A stretch of 64,000 bases of DNA from an uncultured Verrucomicrobiae bacterium. Lineage in GTDB: Bacteria > Verrucomicrobiota > Verrucomicrobiia > Chthoniobacterales > JAFAMB01. The stretch spans positions 3,872,001-3,936,000 of the forward strand of contig CAWIPH010000002.1 in the NCBI GenBank assembly GCA_963837955.1, in the 5' to 3' direction. Shown one piece after another: positions 52,319-61,501 of this stretch. Every line of letters starts with the position of its first letter. The first letter of the stretch is position 1. Both the position numbers and the translations under genes were made by a program. The notes beneath the pieces were generated by a model. It saw only the letters and a list, made by a program, of their open reading frames with translations. It was not told where the DNA came from and made no database searches.

Positions 52319-53260
52319 ATGATTAAACTCAGGTCACTGATATGTGTTGCGTTGGCTGCTTGGCTGGCAACTCCAGGGGCTGTGATGGCTCAAAAGCAGC
52401 TGCATATAATAATCGTGACGCATGGCGCGGCGTCCGATTCGTTTTGGGCCCCCGTTAAGAACGGAGCCGATGAGGCAGGCAAACAGACTGGCTGCCTGGT
52501 AGAATACCGAGCCCCGGAAAAGTTCGACATGGTGGCGATGTCACAGCTCATTGACGCCACCGTCGCCGCAAAGCCTGATGGGTTGGTTGTTACTATCCCT
52601 GATGCCGACGCGCTCGGGCCGGCAATTAAGGCGGCTCTCAACGCAAAGATTCCCGTAATCTCGACGAACTCAGGATGGGACGTTTCAAAGAAACTTGGCA
52701 TTATTATGCACGTCGGGCAGGAGGAGTTTATCGCTGGCAAAGGGGCCGGAGAAAGGATGAAGGCGATGGGCGTAAAAAAGGCTGTCGTTGTTAACCATCT
52801 GGTTGGAAATGTTGCTCTGGATCTGCGCGCTAAAGGATTTATTGAAGGGCTCGGTCAAAACGCCGAGGTGCTTGCCACAACGTTGGATTTTACCGAAGCT
52901 CGAAACGCCATTTCCGCGTATCTACAAAGGAGTCCAGACCTTGAAGCTGTGATGACTCTCGGTCCGAACGGCGCGGAGCCCGCTATCCAAGCTCTCGAGT
53001 CGGCCGGCAAACTTGGCAAATTGAAATTCGGGACCTTCGACCTGTCGCCGGTCATCCTCCAGACCGTTGCCAAGGGCCAGATGGATTTTGCCATCGACCA
53101 ACAGCCGTTCCTGCAGGGGTATCTCCCGGTCGCATTCCTAGCGAACTATATCAGGTACGGAATAATACCCTCGCAAGATACCGTGTTCACCGGGCCCAAT
53201 TTCGTCACGCCGGAAACCGCGGCGCGGGCACTGGAACTTAGCAAGCATGGAATTCGCTAG
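52319..53260 (+). CDS. orphan sugar ABC substrate-binding protein (RbsB-like)
   Basis: VTHGAASDSFW, KPDGLVVTIPD, AIDQQPFLQGY. Confidence 0.92.
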   Translation: MIKLRSLICVALAAWLATPGAVMAQKQLHIIIVTHGAASDSFWAPVKNGADEAGKQTGCLVEYRAPEKFDMVAMSQLIDATVAAKPDGLVVTIPDADALGPAIKAALNAKIPVISTNSGWDVSKKLGIIMHVGQEEFIAGKGAGERMKAMGVKKAVVVNHLVGNVALDLRAKGFIEGLGQNAEVLATTLDFTEARNAISAYLQRSPDLEAVMTLGPNGAEPAIQALESAGKLGKLKFGTFDLSPVILQTVAKGQMDFAIDQQPFLQGYLPVAFLANYIRYGIIPSQDTVFTGPNFVTPETAARALELSKHGIR

Positions 53261-53832
53261 GATTTCATTAACCACGTGCAGGTTACCTTTTGGTCGATGC
53301 GAACCTGCCGAACCGAGCCTCGCTCATTTAACGCCTCCGGTCATTGGCTCGGACACCTGACTCTTTGTAACAGCAAATAGACCGGCACGAACGGTATGAT
53401 AGAGATGAACAAAAAGTAATGCGAAGGAAGTGATTCTGGAGAAAGCGAGCTGAGAGCCGGCTAACATATTATTCTTAGGTTCTCATCTACTCAGCCCTCT
53501 TTTCCCTTCCGATCGTTAGGGCAACGCGAAAACCAGTGCGGATTGACGAGACGTCTCAGCCCGTACGCTGGGAGCTGATGATCAAACGTTCCCTCCCCCG
53601 GAGCCCTGGGACGCTATGTGGCACAGGTTGCAACCAAGGAAAACGACGTCCAGCAATGCCTCCGAAGAGAAACGGAAAAGCGCTCAGAAGCCACCATGCA
53701 ACTCGGTCCGGATCAAGGAGGACAATGGACGCTTCGCCGACTACTTCATCCACCTATTAGTCGGGCTAAATTGCGTGATGCTCTGGTGCGTCAACGATTT
53801 GGATCCAGCGGATTCAGGGCGTAGATTGGGGC

Positions 53833-54192
53833 ATGTTTGAGATGTTACCTGAAAGTTCGGGACGGCTTGTCGCCCTCCGCGTTGCGGGGAAGCTCACGAA
53901 AGAGGACATGGTTTCCGCAGCTCCTCCGCTTGAAGAAAAGATTCGAGAAAACGGCAAAGTGGATTTGCTCTGTGACATGACGGACTTGCACGGTTGGAGT
54001 CTCGGCGGGTTTTGGGCGGAACTGAAATTTGACGCCAAACACGCGAAAGACTTCCGACGAGTGGCGGTCATCACGGGCAAACCAACGCATCGGTTCATGG
54101 CGTCAATGCTAAAACCATTCACGTCAGCGGAAATAAAATGTTTTCAACAAGAGAAAAAAACAGACGCTCTAACCTGGATTTCCCACAACTGA
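53833..54192 (+). CDS. STAS/SEC14 (SpoIIAA-like) protein
   Basis: VAGKLTKED, ELKFDAKH..DFRRVAVI. Confidence 0.85.
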   Translation: MFEMLPESSGRLVALRVAGKLTKEDMVSAAPPLEEKIRENGKVDLLCDMTDLHGWSLGGFWAELKFDAKHAKDFRRVAVITGKPTHRFMASMLKPFTSAEIKCFQQEKKTDALTWISHN

Positions 54193-54393
54193 TTGCGCCA
54201 ATCGTCGGTGACTCATTCTAGGGTGTAAGTTCGGCCGCCGAACACGCGTGCTCTTTGAACGGTGACATGAAACCCGAGCGGATCGAATTTTGGATAGGGG
54301 CGGGGGGGCGCGAACCTGGATGGTTTTGGTTCTTGGTCACACGTTGAAAGCAATTCGGATCCTTGCGGGAAGGCGAGTGATCAGACCTGCAGT

Positions 54394-54626
54394 ATGAGTA
54401 AGCCCGTTGTCGAAGTGCAGGTCCCCGGCGTGGCTGCGACGAGTGCGGCTGTGTCGTTTTTCTTGGCAGCGAGGACAAGGTTATCGTGATTTACATTGAG
54501 TAGAACGTTGGGGCGGCGATCGTGATGTTCAAGCAAGGCATGCAAAAGGAGCGACCGCTCACCTATGATGTGCTCGCGAACATCTTGCGAGCCCTCGGAG
54601 CGAAGATCGAAAGGGTAATCGTCAGA
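54394..54626 (+). pseudogene. bifunctional nuclease (DUF151) pseudogene
   Basis: MSKPVVEVQV.. / frameshift / GCVVFLGSEDKVIVIYIE*NVGAAIVMF..KERPLTYDVLANILRALGAKIERVIV; truncated. Confidence 0.75.
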
Positions 54627-54714
54627 GCACATCGGTTTGCACAAGCGTCAGCGACGACGACTCGCCTATCGGTTTCAAATCCGCTTTTATCAACTTATCG
54701 CGCTCAGCGACAGC

Positions 54715-56094
54715 TTACTTCGGTAACTCCTTCAGGAGTTTCTTCAGCTGCTTCACATCGGTCGTGAACTGTTCCGGATCTTGTTCCGCAAAGGCTTCGT
54801 AAATCTTTAGCGCTTCCTCGTATTCCTTCCGCGCCTCTGCCATCCTGTTTTGGTCGCGATCCAGAATCCCCAGGTTATTGAGCGTCATCGCTACGTCAGG
54901 CAGATAGGTCTCCGGGTTTTTCTGCGCAAGCTCTCGGTAGGTCTTCAGCGCCTCCTCATATTCGTTCCGGGCTTCCTTCATCCGGTTCTGAGCGCTATCC
55001 AGAATCCCCAGATTGTTGAGTGTCAGCGCTACTTCAGGCAGAAACGTCTGCGGATCTTTTTGGGCCAGCTCTCGGTAGGTCTTCAACGCTTCCTCTATCC
55101 GGTTTTGGTCACGATCAAGCATCCCGACGTTGTTGAGTGTCGCCGCCACGTAAGGCAGATAGGTCTCTGGGTCCTTCTGCGCCAGCTCTCGGAAGGTTTT
55201 CAGCGCCTCCTCATGTTTCTGGTGGGCTTCTTTCATCCGGTTCTGGGCGCTATCCAGAATCCCCAGGTTGTTGAGCATTGTCGCTACGTACGGCAGATAA
55301 GTCTCCGGGTCCTTCTGCGCCAGCTCACGGTAAATCTTAAGCGCCTCCTCATATTTCTTCCGGCCCTCCTTCATCCGGTTCTGGGCGCTATCCAGAATCC
55401 CCAAGTTGTTGAGCATTGTCGCTACGTACGGCAGATAGGTCTCCGGGTTCTTCCGCGCCAGCTCACGGTAAATCTTGAGCGCCTCCTCCATCCGATTCTT
55501 GTCGCGATCCAGAATCCCTAGGTTGTTGAGCGTGATCGCCACGTACGGCAGATAGGTCGCCGGATCTTTCTGCGCCAGCTCTCGGTAGGTCTTAAGCGCC
55601 TCCTCCATCCGATTCTTGTCGCGATCCAGATTCCCCAGGTTGTTGAGCGCCGCCGCGACGTTAGCCAGATAAGCCTCCGGATCTTTCCGCGCCAGCGTGC
55701 GGTAGATCTTCAGCGATTCCTCATATTCCTGCCGAGCCTCCTCCATCCGATTCTGATCGCTATCTAGAATGCCAAGGTCGTTCAGCATCGCGGCGACGTA
55801 AGGCAAATATGTCTCCGGGTCTTTCCGTGCCAATTCACGGTAGGTTTTCAGTATCTCCTCATATTCCTTCCGCGCCTCTGCCATCCTGTTCTGGTCGCGA
55901 TGTGGAATCCCAAGGTTGTTACGCTGGTCTGCTGGCTCGGCATTTCTTCCACCTTTCCAGTCTAAGCAGATCTGCTGCCCCGGTTCTGTGTGACCGGTCG
56001 CGATCTGCAACGCACCAGACCGAGCGGGAACCAACAACCAGGCGACCAAGACCGCTAGCACACGCCAACGCCGCGCATGTGGCAAGAACGCCAT
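54715..56094 (-). CDS. tetratricopeptide repeat protein
   Basis: Repeated EEALKTYRELAQKDPETYLPYVA.TLNNLGIL; N-terminus uncertain. Confidence 0.88.
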   Translation of the reverse strand: MAFLPHARRWRVLAVLVAWLLVPARSGALQIATGHTEPGQQICLDWKGGRNAEPADQRNNLGIPHRDQNRMAEARKEYEEILKTYRELARKDPETYLPYVAAMLNDLGILDSDQNRMEEARQEYEESLKIYRTLARKDPEAYLANVAAALNNLGNLDRDKNRMEEALKTYRELAQKDPATYLPYVAITLNNLGILDRDKNRMEEALKIYRELARKNPETYLPYVATMLNNLGILDSAQNRMKEGRKKYEEALKIYRELAQKDPETYLPYVATMLNNLGILDSAQNRMKEAHQKHEEALKTFRELAQKDPETYLPYVAATLNNVGMLDRDQNRIEEALKTYRELAQKDPQTFLPEVALTLNNLGILDSAQNRMKEARNEYEEALKTYRELAQKNPETYLPDVAMTLNNLGILDRDQNRMAEARKEYEEALKIYEAFAEQDPEQFTTDVKQLKKLLKELPK

Positions 56095-56297
56095 AGACTA
56101 AGCTAAGCCCAATGTCCCACGCGGCTGATGAAATTAAAATGACCGATTCCCCCCGGACGGACACAATCGTTACTTCAGTCGCCACTTCGGCGGTCGATCC
56201 TTCGGCAATTTTGACCTTCATCGTCAAGGGTCAGCCCGACATATCGCTTAAATGCCACGACCCTGTCTATCCCCGCTTTTGGTCGTATAATGTTCTC

Positions 56298-56735
56298 ATG
56301 AGCTTTCCGTCGCCCCTCTCCCTCCATCATTACTTCGTCGTCGCAGCTCGGATGCGCCATCATTTCGAGTCGAATCTGGTTGCTGTCGAGGAGCCCAGCG
56401 TTGGCGCGTTACAAGATCCGGATCTCGCCGCCTTCGAACTTTTCTCCGGCCCACGCGGCAACTTCATGTACTATTGGTACGCGAGCCTGTACGTCGTTGT
56501 TCGAGGCTTCCGGAATCTGAGGTTGATTGATCCCAGGATCAACGCACTGCTGGCGTCACCGAATGTCAAGGCGCTCCGTCGATGTTGGAATGGCGTCTTT
56601 CACTATCAGCCCGACTACTTTTCCGCGACGTCGCTCGAACCCATTCAATCTCCCAACTTCATCGGATGGGTGCGCGAGTTGATGGAAGCTTTTTGCGCCT
56701 ACTTCGCTCGAGAAATCAAGCCGGTTGAATCGTGA
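56298..56735 (+). CDS. hypothetical helical protein, possibly HEPN-like
   Basis: MYYWYASLYVVV, LRRCWNGVFHYQ; start uncertain (56112 or 56298). Confidence 0.6.
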   Translation: MSFPSPLSLHHYFVVAARMRHHFESNLVAVEEPSVGALQDPDLAAFELFSGPRGNFMYYWYASLYVVVRGFRNLRLIDPRINALLASPNVKALRRCWNGVFHYQPDYFSATSLEPIQSPNFIGWVRELMEAFCAYFAREIKPVES

Positions 56736-57135
56736 GGCGTTTCGGTTCGGTCGCGCCCGCGCCCTTGTGACCGAGTATCCAACTGGATTTGACTCACACG
56801 ATCAAAGTAAACTTCGCTGCAGGATTCCATAGCCGCCAAGATCTGTGAACACTACCAACCAGCTTGGCCAAATTCGGCCCGCAAGATAGCCGTTAGCTAT
56901 AGCCTCCCCGGCAAAATGTCTCGTCATTAAGCGGTGCCCTTCTCCTAAACGGCTCCTTCGCCTTTTCCGTGGCAAGCAACGGCTTCACGATCCAGCTTGC
57001 GTGAAAAAGACCACGCCAGCTTCACGGGTGTCACCGGACAGATCGCGTGGCACCTGCAACACTTTCTGTGACCTATTGTCGCCTACGGTCGCGTAACGCC
57101 GACTTCGAACAGTCGATCTTCGCTTCTAAGCGGCG

Positions 57136-57426
57136 TCATGAAGTCGATGCTAGCCAGTATCCGCTACACGACAAGATGTGAGTGTCAGACCAGGTTCTGA
57201 TTTCCGCGTCGAAGCCCCGAAGGTCAACGTTCTTCGCCTCGACGGCCACCCGGACAGGGTCAAAAGTACTTTCCAGCTCAGTAATGCCTAGAAAGACCGC
57301 CGGAGCCTCTGGAAGATCCTCTCCGAAGTCAATATGTTGCGTGAACACTCGATCACCTATTCCCTCGTTCAATCCCCAATTGGCGTCAGGTACGCCAGAA
57401 CCAAACTTTCCGTTTTTGATATTCAT
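57136..57426 (-). CDS. standalone H-type lectin domain protein
   Basis: HIDF...P.VFLGI..RV.V.AKNV...GF.AEIRTWSDT...WLA; GGAG RBS. Confidence 0.8.
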   Translation of the reverse strand: MNIKNGKFGSGVPDANWGLNEGIGDRVFTQHIDFGEDLPEAPAVFLGITELESTFDPVRVAVEAKNVDLRGFDAEIRTWSDTHILSCSGYWLASTS

Positions 57427-57464
57427 ATCAGCTCCTTCCAGCGAAGGGATGCTTAATTTTCTTG

Positions 57465-58041
57465 TCAGAATTTCGAACGCCTTACATGCAATTCAAGCGA
57501 AATACACTGCAGCTTTTTTCGGCACGACATTAGCGGGAATGTTCCGCTGAAAGACCTCGCCTCCCCACCACTCTTCTCTTCGTTCGTGGACCTGGCGATG
57601 TCCACCATCCACACTTTTAAAAGAGGTTCGTCGTTTTTCACTGCATAACCAGCAACGTAAAAAAAAGTTGCAAGATTCGATTCGATATTTCTGAAGAAGG
57701 TTAATAATAATTCAGCCGCTTTTTCGGGGTAACATTTGATCATTTAGTGTCGCAATGAACGACTCAATAAATCCGGAGAACGGGACGGCTCCGATTCCCG
57801 CAGCACCGTACGTAGAAATACCGATGCGCCTACAGGCTATATAAATCTTTTGCTGAGCATCCGATTGCGGAACGCTAACCATACTCGGTTTCGGAACTTC
57901 GGTGGTTGCAGAATCAGTTGTGGTCGTAGCTGGCGGCGGAGTCGAAACCTAAGCGTTAGGATCTGGGAATGTTAATGTGCGTCTGCTGTCGGCACCCATT
58001 ACTATTCCCTCGCGAGTAGTAATCGTAACTACGATTGACAT
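57465..58041 (-). pseudogene. proteasome-beta/Ntn-hydrolase-like pseudogene
   Basis: MSIVVTITTREGIVMGADSR; in-frame TAG at 57949-57951; QKIY..IGISTYG; frameshift near 57730 into ..FYVAGY. Confidence 0.65.
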
Positions 58042-58359
58042 AGGCCTGATCTTTTTAGTGATTTCGTTAACTCAAGCGTAGCGTATCGCTATACGTCAAA
58101 CTACGTGCTCGCTCCTACGCCCGAGTGCGTTACGCTTGCGAATGGAGTTTACAGCTTACGGGGTTATTAAGATTGATCCCGACGACGGACGGCGCGAAGT
58201 AATCGGGTTATCAGCTTCGCCGACTCATACGCAAGCGTAACGTATCGCGTCCACCCCATCGAGTTCGAGCTCGGCGAATATTACGGTTACTTCGATCGTT
58301 TTTTTCGATCGATCCACGCGACGAGTTAGTGAAGAAAGCGAAAGCAGTAAGCAATTAGG

Positions 58360-58614
58360 TTAGTAATGATAACGACAAGATAAAAACGTAATTGTCTCCG
58401 CGGCGACTTGATAAACGACTCGATGCTCGCGATTAATACGTCGACTCCAACAACCGCTCAGATTATGCCGCAACGGCTCTGGTTTCCCGATCCCGCCAAA
58501 GGGATCAGCGCCAATCGCGCCGAAGAGTTCGTCAATTTTTTTCGTTATCCGAGGGTTGGATTCCGACCAATACCGATAGTCCTTTCGGTAACGCGTCGAG
58601 ATAACGATCTTCAC
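58360..58614 (-). CDS. yoeB: Txe/YoeB family toxin
   Basis: DYRYW, PFGGIGKPEPLRHNLSGCWSRRINREHRVVY, CRYHY. Confidence 0.95.
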   Translation of the reverse strand: MKIVISTRYRKDYRYWSESNPRITKKIDELFGAIGADPFGGIGKPEPLRHNLSGCWSRRINREHRVVYQVAAETITFLSCRYHY

Positions 58615-59136
58615 TTAGGAGCGTCGTAGACTCTTCTTCGCTTCTTCGACGCTTTCGAAGACGGGAAGCTTACCGCTCCGCGTTTCGTCGAGCGCTTCTT
58701 TTAGTCGCTTCGCGTTTGCTGGTGAGGCGAGTAAGTGCGCCGTCTCAGCGTACGCTCGATACTCTTGATCGGCGTCGTGAGCAAGGCGCCGAAGAATAAC
58801 AATGTAATGCGCCTCCAGATCATTGATTTCAGAAATGACGCGTAGCTCTTCAGAACCGGTGAGCGGTTTTCGGATCTGCACGCGTCGAAGCAAGAGCACG
58901 AAATTTCCACGGGCCTCTTTCCAGAGTTCGGCGGCAGTTTTGGCCGACTCGGATCGACGCGCCAGGATATCCGTCAACTTATATAGCGTGAGCGCTTGAG
59001 CGGTTGCATCCAGAACGCGGATTCGAAGGTCCTGCGCGCTTTCGGCAACGTCGGCTTTGAGCTTATTAAGCGCCTCCTGAGCAGCCGCAAGAATCTGTTT
59101 GCCGAGGTCTTTTATCTCATCGAGTGCTGTCATCAT
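58615..59136 (-). CDS. atypical antitoxin: YefM-like C-terminal helix on a long helical N-terminus
   Basis: EYRAYAETAHLLASPANAKRLKEAL; abuts yoeB start. Confidence 0.75.
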   Translation of the reverse strand: MMTALDEIKDLGKQILAAAQEALNKLKADVAESAQDLRIRVLDATAQALTLYKLTDILARRSESAKTAAELWKEARGNFVLLLRRVQIRKPLTGSEELRVISEINDLEAHYIVILRRLAHDADQEYRAYAETAHLLASPANAKRLKEALDETRSGKLPVFESVEEAKKSLRRS

Positions 59137-59204
59137 CCTGTTTCTTACGCAAGCGTAACGTACGAACATTCGCGAGTAAAAGCGAAATGCGCTAGCGTTG
59201 CGGT

Positions 59205-59375
59205 ATGCCGACCGAGCTTGTCTACATCCCGCTCGACAACGAGAGACTCACAGCGCTAGCGCGGCTAAGCGAAGCGACCGGACGCAGCGTCGAAGAGCTC
59301 GTCCAAGAGGCGGTCAGCGAGTTTCTTGCGCGAGAAGTGCGAGCGCTGAAAATCGGTAAGATTTCCGATTTTTAA
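59205..59375 (+). CDS. ribbon-helix-helix (CopG-like) protein, 56 aa, absent from ORF track
   Basis: MPTELVYIPLDNERLTALARLSEATGRSVEELVQEAVSEFLARE. Confidence 0.7.
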   Translation: MPTELVYIPLDNERLTALARLSEATGRSVEELVQEAVSEFLAREVRALKIGKISDF

Positions 59376-59605
59376 CTTTACTATAACTTTACCAAAATTC
59401 CCGCACCTTCGAAGAGCTCGTTCAAGATGCGATCGCAGAGTTTTTGCGCGAGAAGCGCGAGCTATAGAAAGTCGTCAAAAGTCGTCAAAAAAAGTTCGTT
59501 TTAGCGCTATTTCTCGCATCTTCCTGCGAGAATCGTAACATTCGAGAATGTGTTACTCCGCTAGCGTAAGTTGCTCGTAACGAGCGCGAAAGCGCTTAAA
59601 TAGAG

Positions 59606-59633
59606 CGGTGAGGCAGGGATTCGAACCCTGGGT
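59606..59633 (-). other. att-like tRNA-Ser 3' fragment next to integrase
   Basis: Identical to 51481-51508; 128 bp upstream of integrase ATG. Confidence 0.85.
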
Positions 59634-59761
59634 ACGCCAAAAGCCTTCCGCCAACTTCCATATATGTCGTAAAGTACGCGTATTGCGTACTTTACGTAAT
59701 CCATGGAAATGCATGGACATCCACGGATGTTACCAGTACTGTTACCAGGTAATCCACTATC

Positions 59762-60904
59762 ATGGCCAGTCTAACCAAGAAAAAAGGCAGTAAATTCTGG
59801 TTCGCTTGCTTCCGTGATGTCAATGGCCGGCAACGCCGGAAATCGACTAGGACCGCCACTCGCCAGAAAGCCGTCCTGATCGCTCGCCAATACGAAGGAG
59901 TCGGACAAAAGAAGCTACCACCTCGCACCGTCCGGGAAACGCTAGCCGAACTTTATCGCGAGATTTACGGCGAGGAGCTGAAGGCGGCGACCGCGCGCCA
60001 ATTCATCGCGAGCTGGCTAAAGACCAAAGAACCGGAGACGGCTGCCGCGACGTTGGCCTCCTATCGTAAGAGCACAGCCAAGTTTCTCGAGTATCTCGGC
60101 CCCATTGCCGATCTTGATTTAGCTGCTATCACGCAGCGCCTCGTCGTCGAGTTCCGTAATTCGCTACTCGCAAAAAACGCACCGGCGACCGTCAACGCCG
60201 ATCTGAAAGCCGTTAAGATGGTTTGCCGCGCCGCCAAGCGAGATGGTTACATTCTCGAGGATCCGAGCGCGTTTGTTGATAGCGTTCGTGACCGCGACCG
60301 CGAATCCAAACGCCCTTTTACGATTCCTGAAATTCAACGGGTCCTGGAAGCATCCGATCCCGAATGGACAGCCTTGATATTATGGGGGCTCTACAGCGGG
60401 CAGCGCCTGGCGGATCTGGCTGTTTTGACCTGGGACAACGTCGACCTTGACCGCGGTGAAATTCGACTTCGCACGCGCAAGACCAATAAGCAGTTAATTT
60501 TGCCGATCGCGGCGCCGCTTCGAATTCATCTGGAAAAATGGCCGTGCTCCGATGTTCCAGGCGAACCACTTCATCCGCGGGCCTTTGATACCGTGAAGCG
60601 TCAGGAAAGAGTGGGTAATCTTTCTAATCAGTTTGCTGACCTGCTCGCTGCGGCCGGCCTAAGAGAAAAGAAGAAGCATCTTAAAACCAAAGAGGGAAGA
60701 GATGCGAAACGCCAGGTTGAACCACTCTCGTTCCATTCCTTGCGCCGAACTGCGACGAGCCTTCTGCATGAAGCAGGAATCCCTGCCGCGGTAGCGCAGG
60801 CCCTCATTGGTCACGACAGCGAGGCGACTCACCAGCACTACATCACGGTAGGGCGCGAGGCCCTCGAGAAGGCGGCGGCGGCGTTTCCTGAGCTCCTAAA
60901 GTGA
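59762..60904 (+). CDS. tyrosine recombinase/integrase
   Basis: SGQRLAD (R), RTRKT (K), FHSLRR (HxxR), LIGH, QHY. Confidence 0.95.
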   Translation: MASLTKKKGSKFWFACFRDVNGRQRRKSTRTATRQKAVLIARQYEGVGQKKLPPRTVRETLAELYREIYGEELKAATARQFIASWLKTKEPETAAATLASYRKSTAKFLEYLGPIADLDLAAITQRLVVEFRNSLLAKNAPATVNADLKAVKMVCRAAKRDGYILEDPSAFVDSVRDRDRESKRPFTIPEIQRVLEASDPEWTALILWGLYSGQRLADLAVLTWDNVDLDRGEIRLRTRKTNKQLILPIAAPLRIHLEKWPCSDVPGEPLHPRAFDTVKRQERVGNLSNQFADLLAAAGLREKKKHLKTKEGRDAKRQVEPLSFHSLRRTATSLLHEAGIPAAVAQALIGHDSEATHQHYITVGREALEKAAAAFPELLK

Positions 60905-61476
60905 AACGTTCAACCGAGCAAAGGATCCCTTACGTAGACCGATCCGGGCCGGAACCCGTTATGGTTTTTCCGGAAGGGACTTATCCGCCGGCGCCCAGAG
61001 GGTACTATGAGGCCAAGCTCAAATACTTGTATCCACAAGATGATACTGAAACCGACCTAGCGCAGCGAATCTGGCGCTGGCAGCAGGTCGCACGGGGCGA
61101 GTACCCAGAAGAGCCGTCTGATGAAGTTGCAAAGAAATATTTCGGCTGCACAAATAAAGAATTTTGGGATCGGCGCGTATCGGAACTGAGGGCGAGAGTT
61201 GTACGGGCTTTCGATGAAAATGACTCTGCATTCTTCGGACGTCTTGAGAAGGCATTCAAGCGCGCTAAAAACCCGGTTATGAATTTGGAAGGACACGGAA
61301 TGGCGTGCCTAGCGTTCCAGAAACTTAACCATTGTGCCGGCGACTACTATATCTGGCCGACCAAGAAAGAAGTTCGCAGGCTAGTTGAATCGTGGCGAGG
61401 TCATCCCCCCCTCTCTGACAAACAGTGGGGGCGGATTTGGCGCGAGACCGGGCTTAAGGCTCTGCCTCGAGACTAG
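60901..61476 (+). CDS. hypothetical protein coupled to integrase
   Basis: GTGA overlap with integrase stop; C-terminal PTKKEVR..W.RIW.ETGL..LP. Confidence 0.7.
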   Translation: MKRSTEQRIPYVDRSGPEPVMVFPEGTYPPAPRGYYEAKLKYLYPQDDTETDLAQRIWRWQQVARGEYPEEPSDEVAKKYFGCTNKEFWDRRVSELRARVVRAFDENDSAFFGRLEKAFKRAKNPVMNLEGHGMACLAFQKLNHCAGDYYIWPTKKEVRRLVESWRGHPPLSDKQWGRIWRETGLKALPRD

Positions 61477-61501
61477 CTTCCGCGCGCCCAAATTAGGCAC
61501 G

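Larger units (their letters stand above)
51481..59633. mobile_element. 8.1 kb decaying genomic island between 28-bp direct repeats
   Basis: att repeats; TA module, pseudogenes, orphan cargo; no integrase. Confidence 0.75.

Noticed and set aside
54850..55521. Plus-strand repeat protein
   Set aside because: Antisense shadow of the TPR gene
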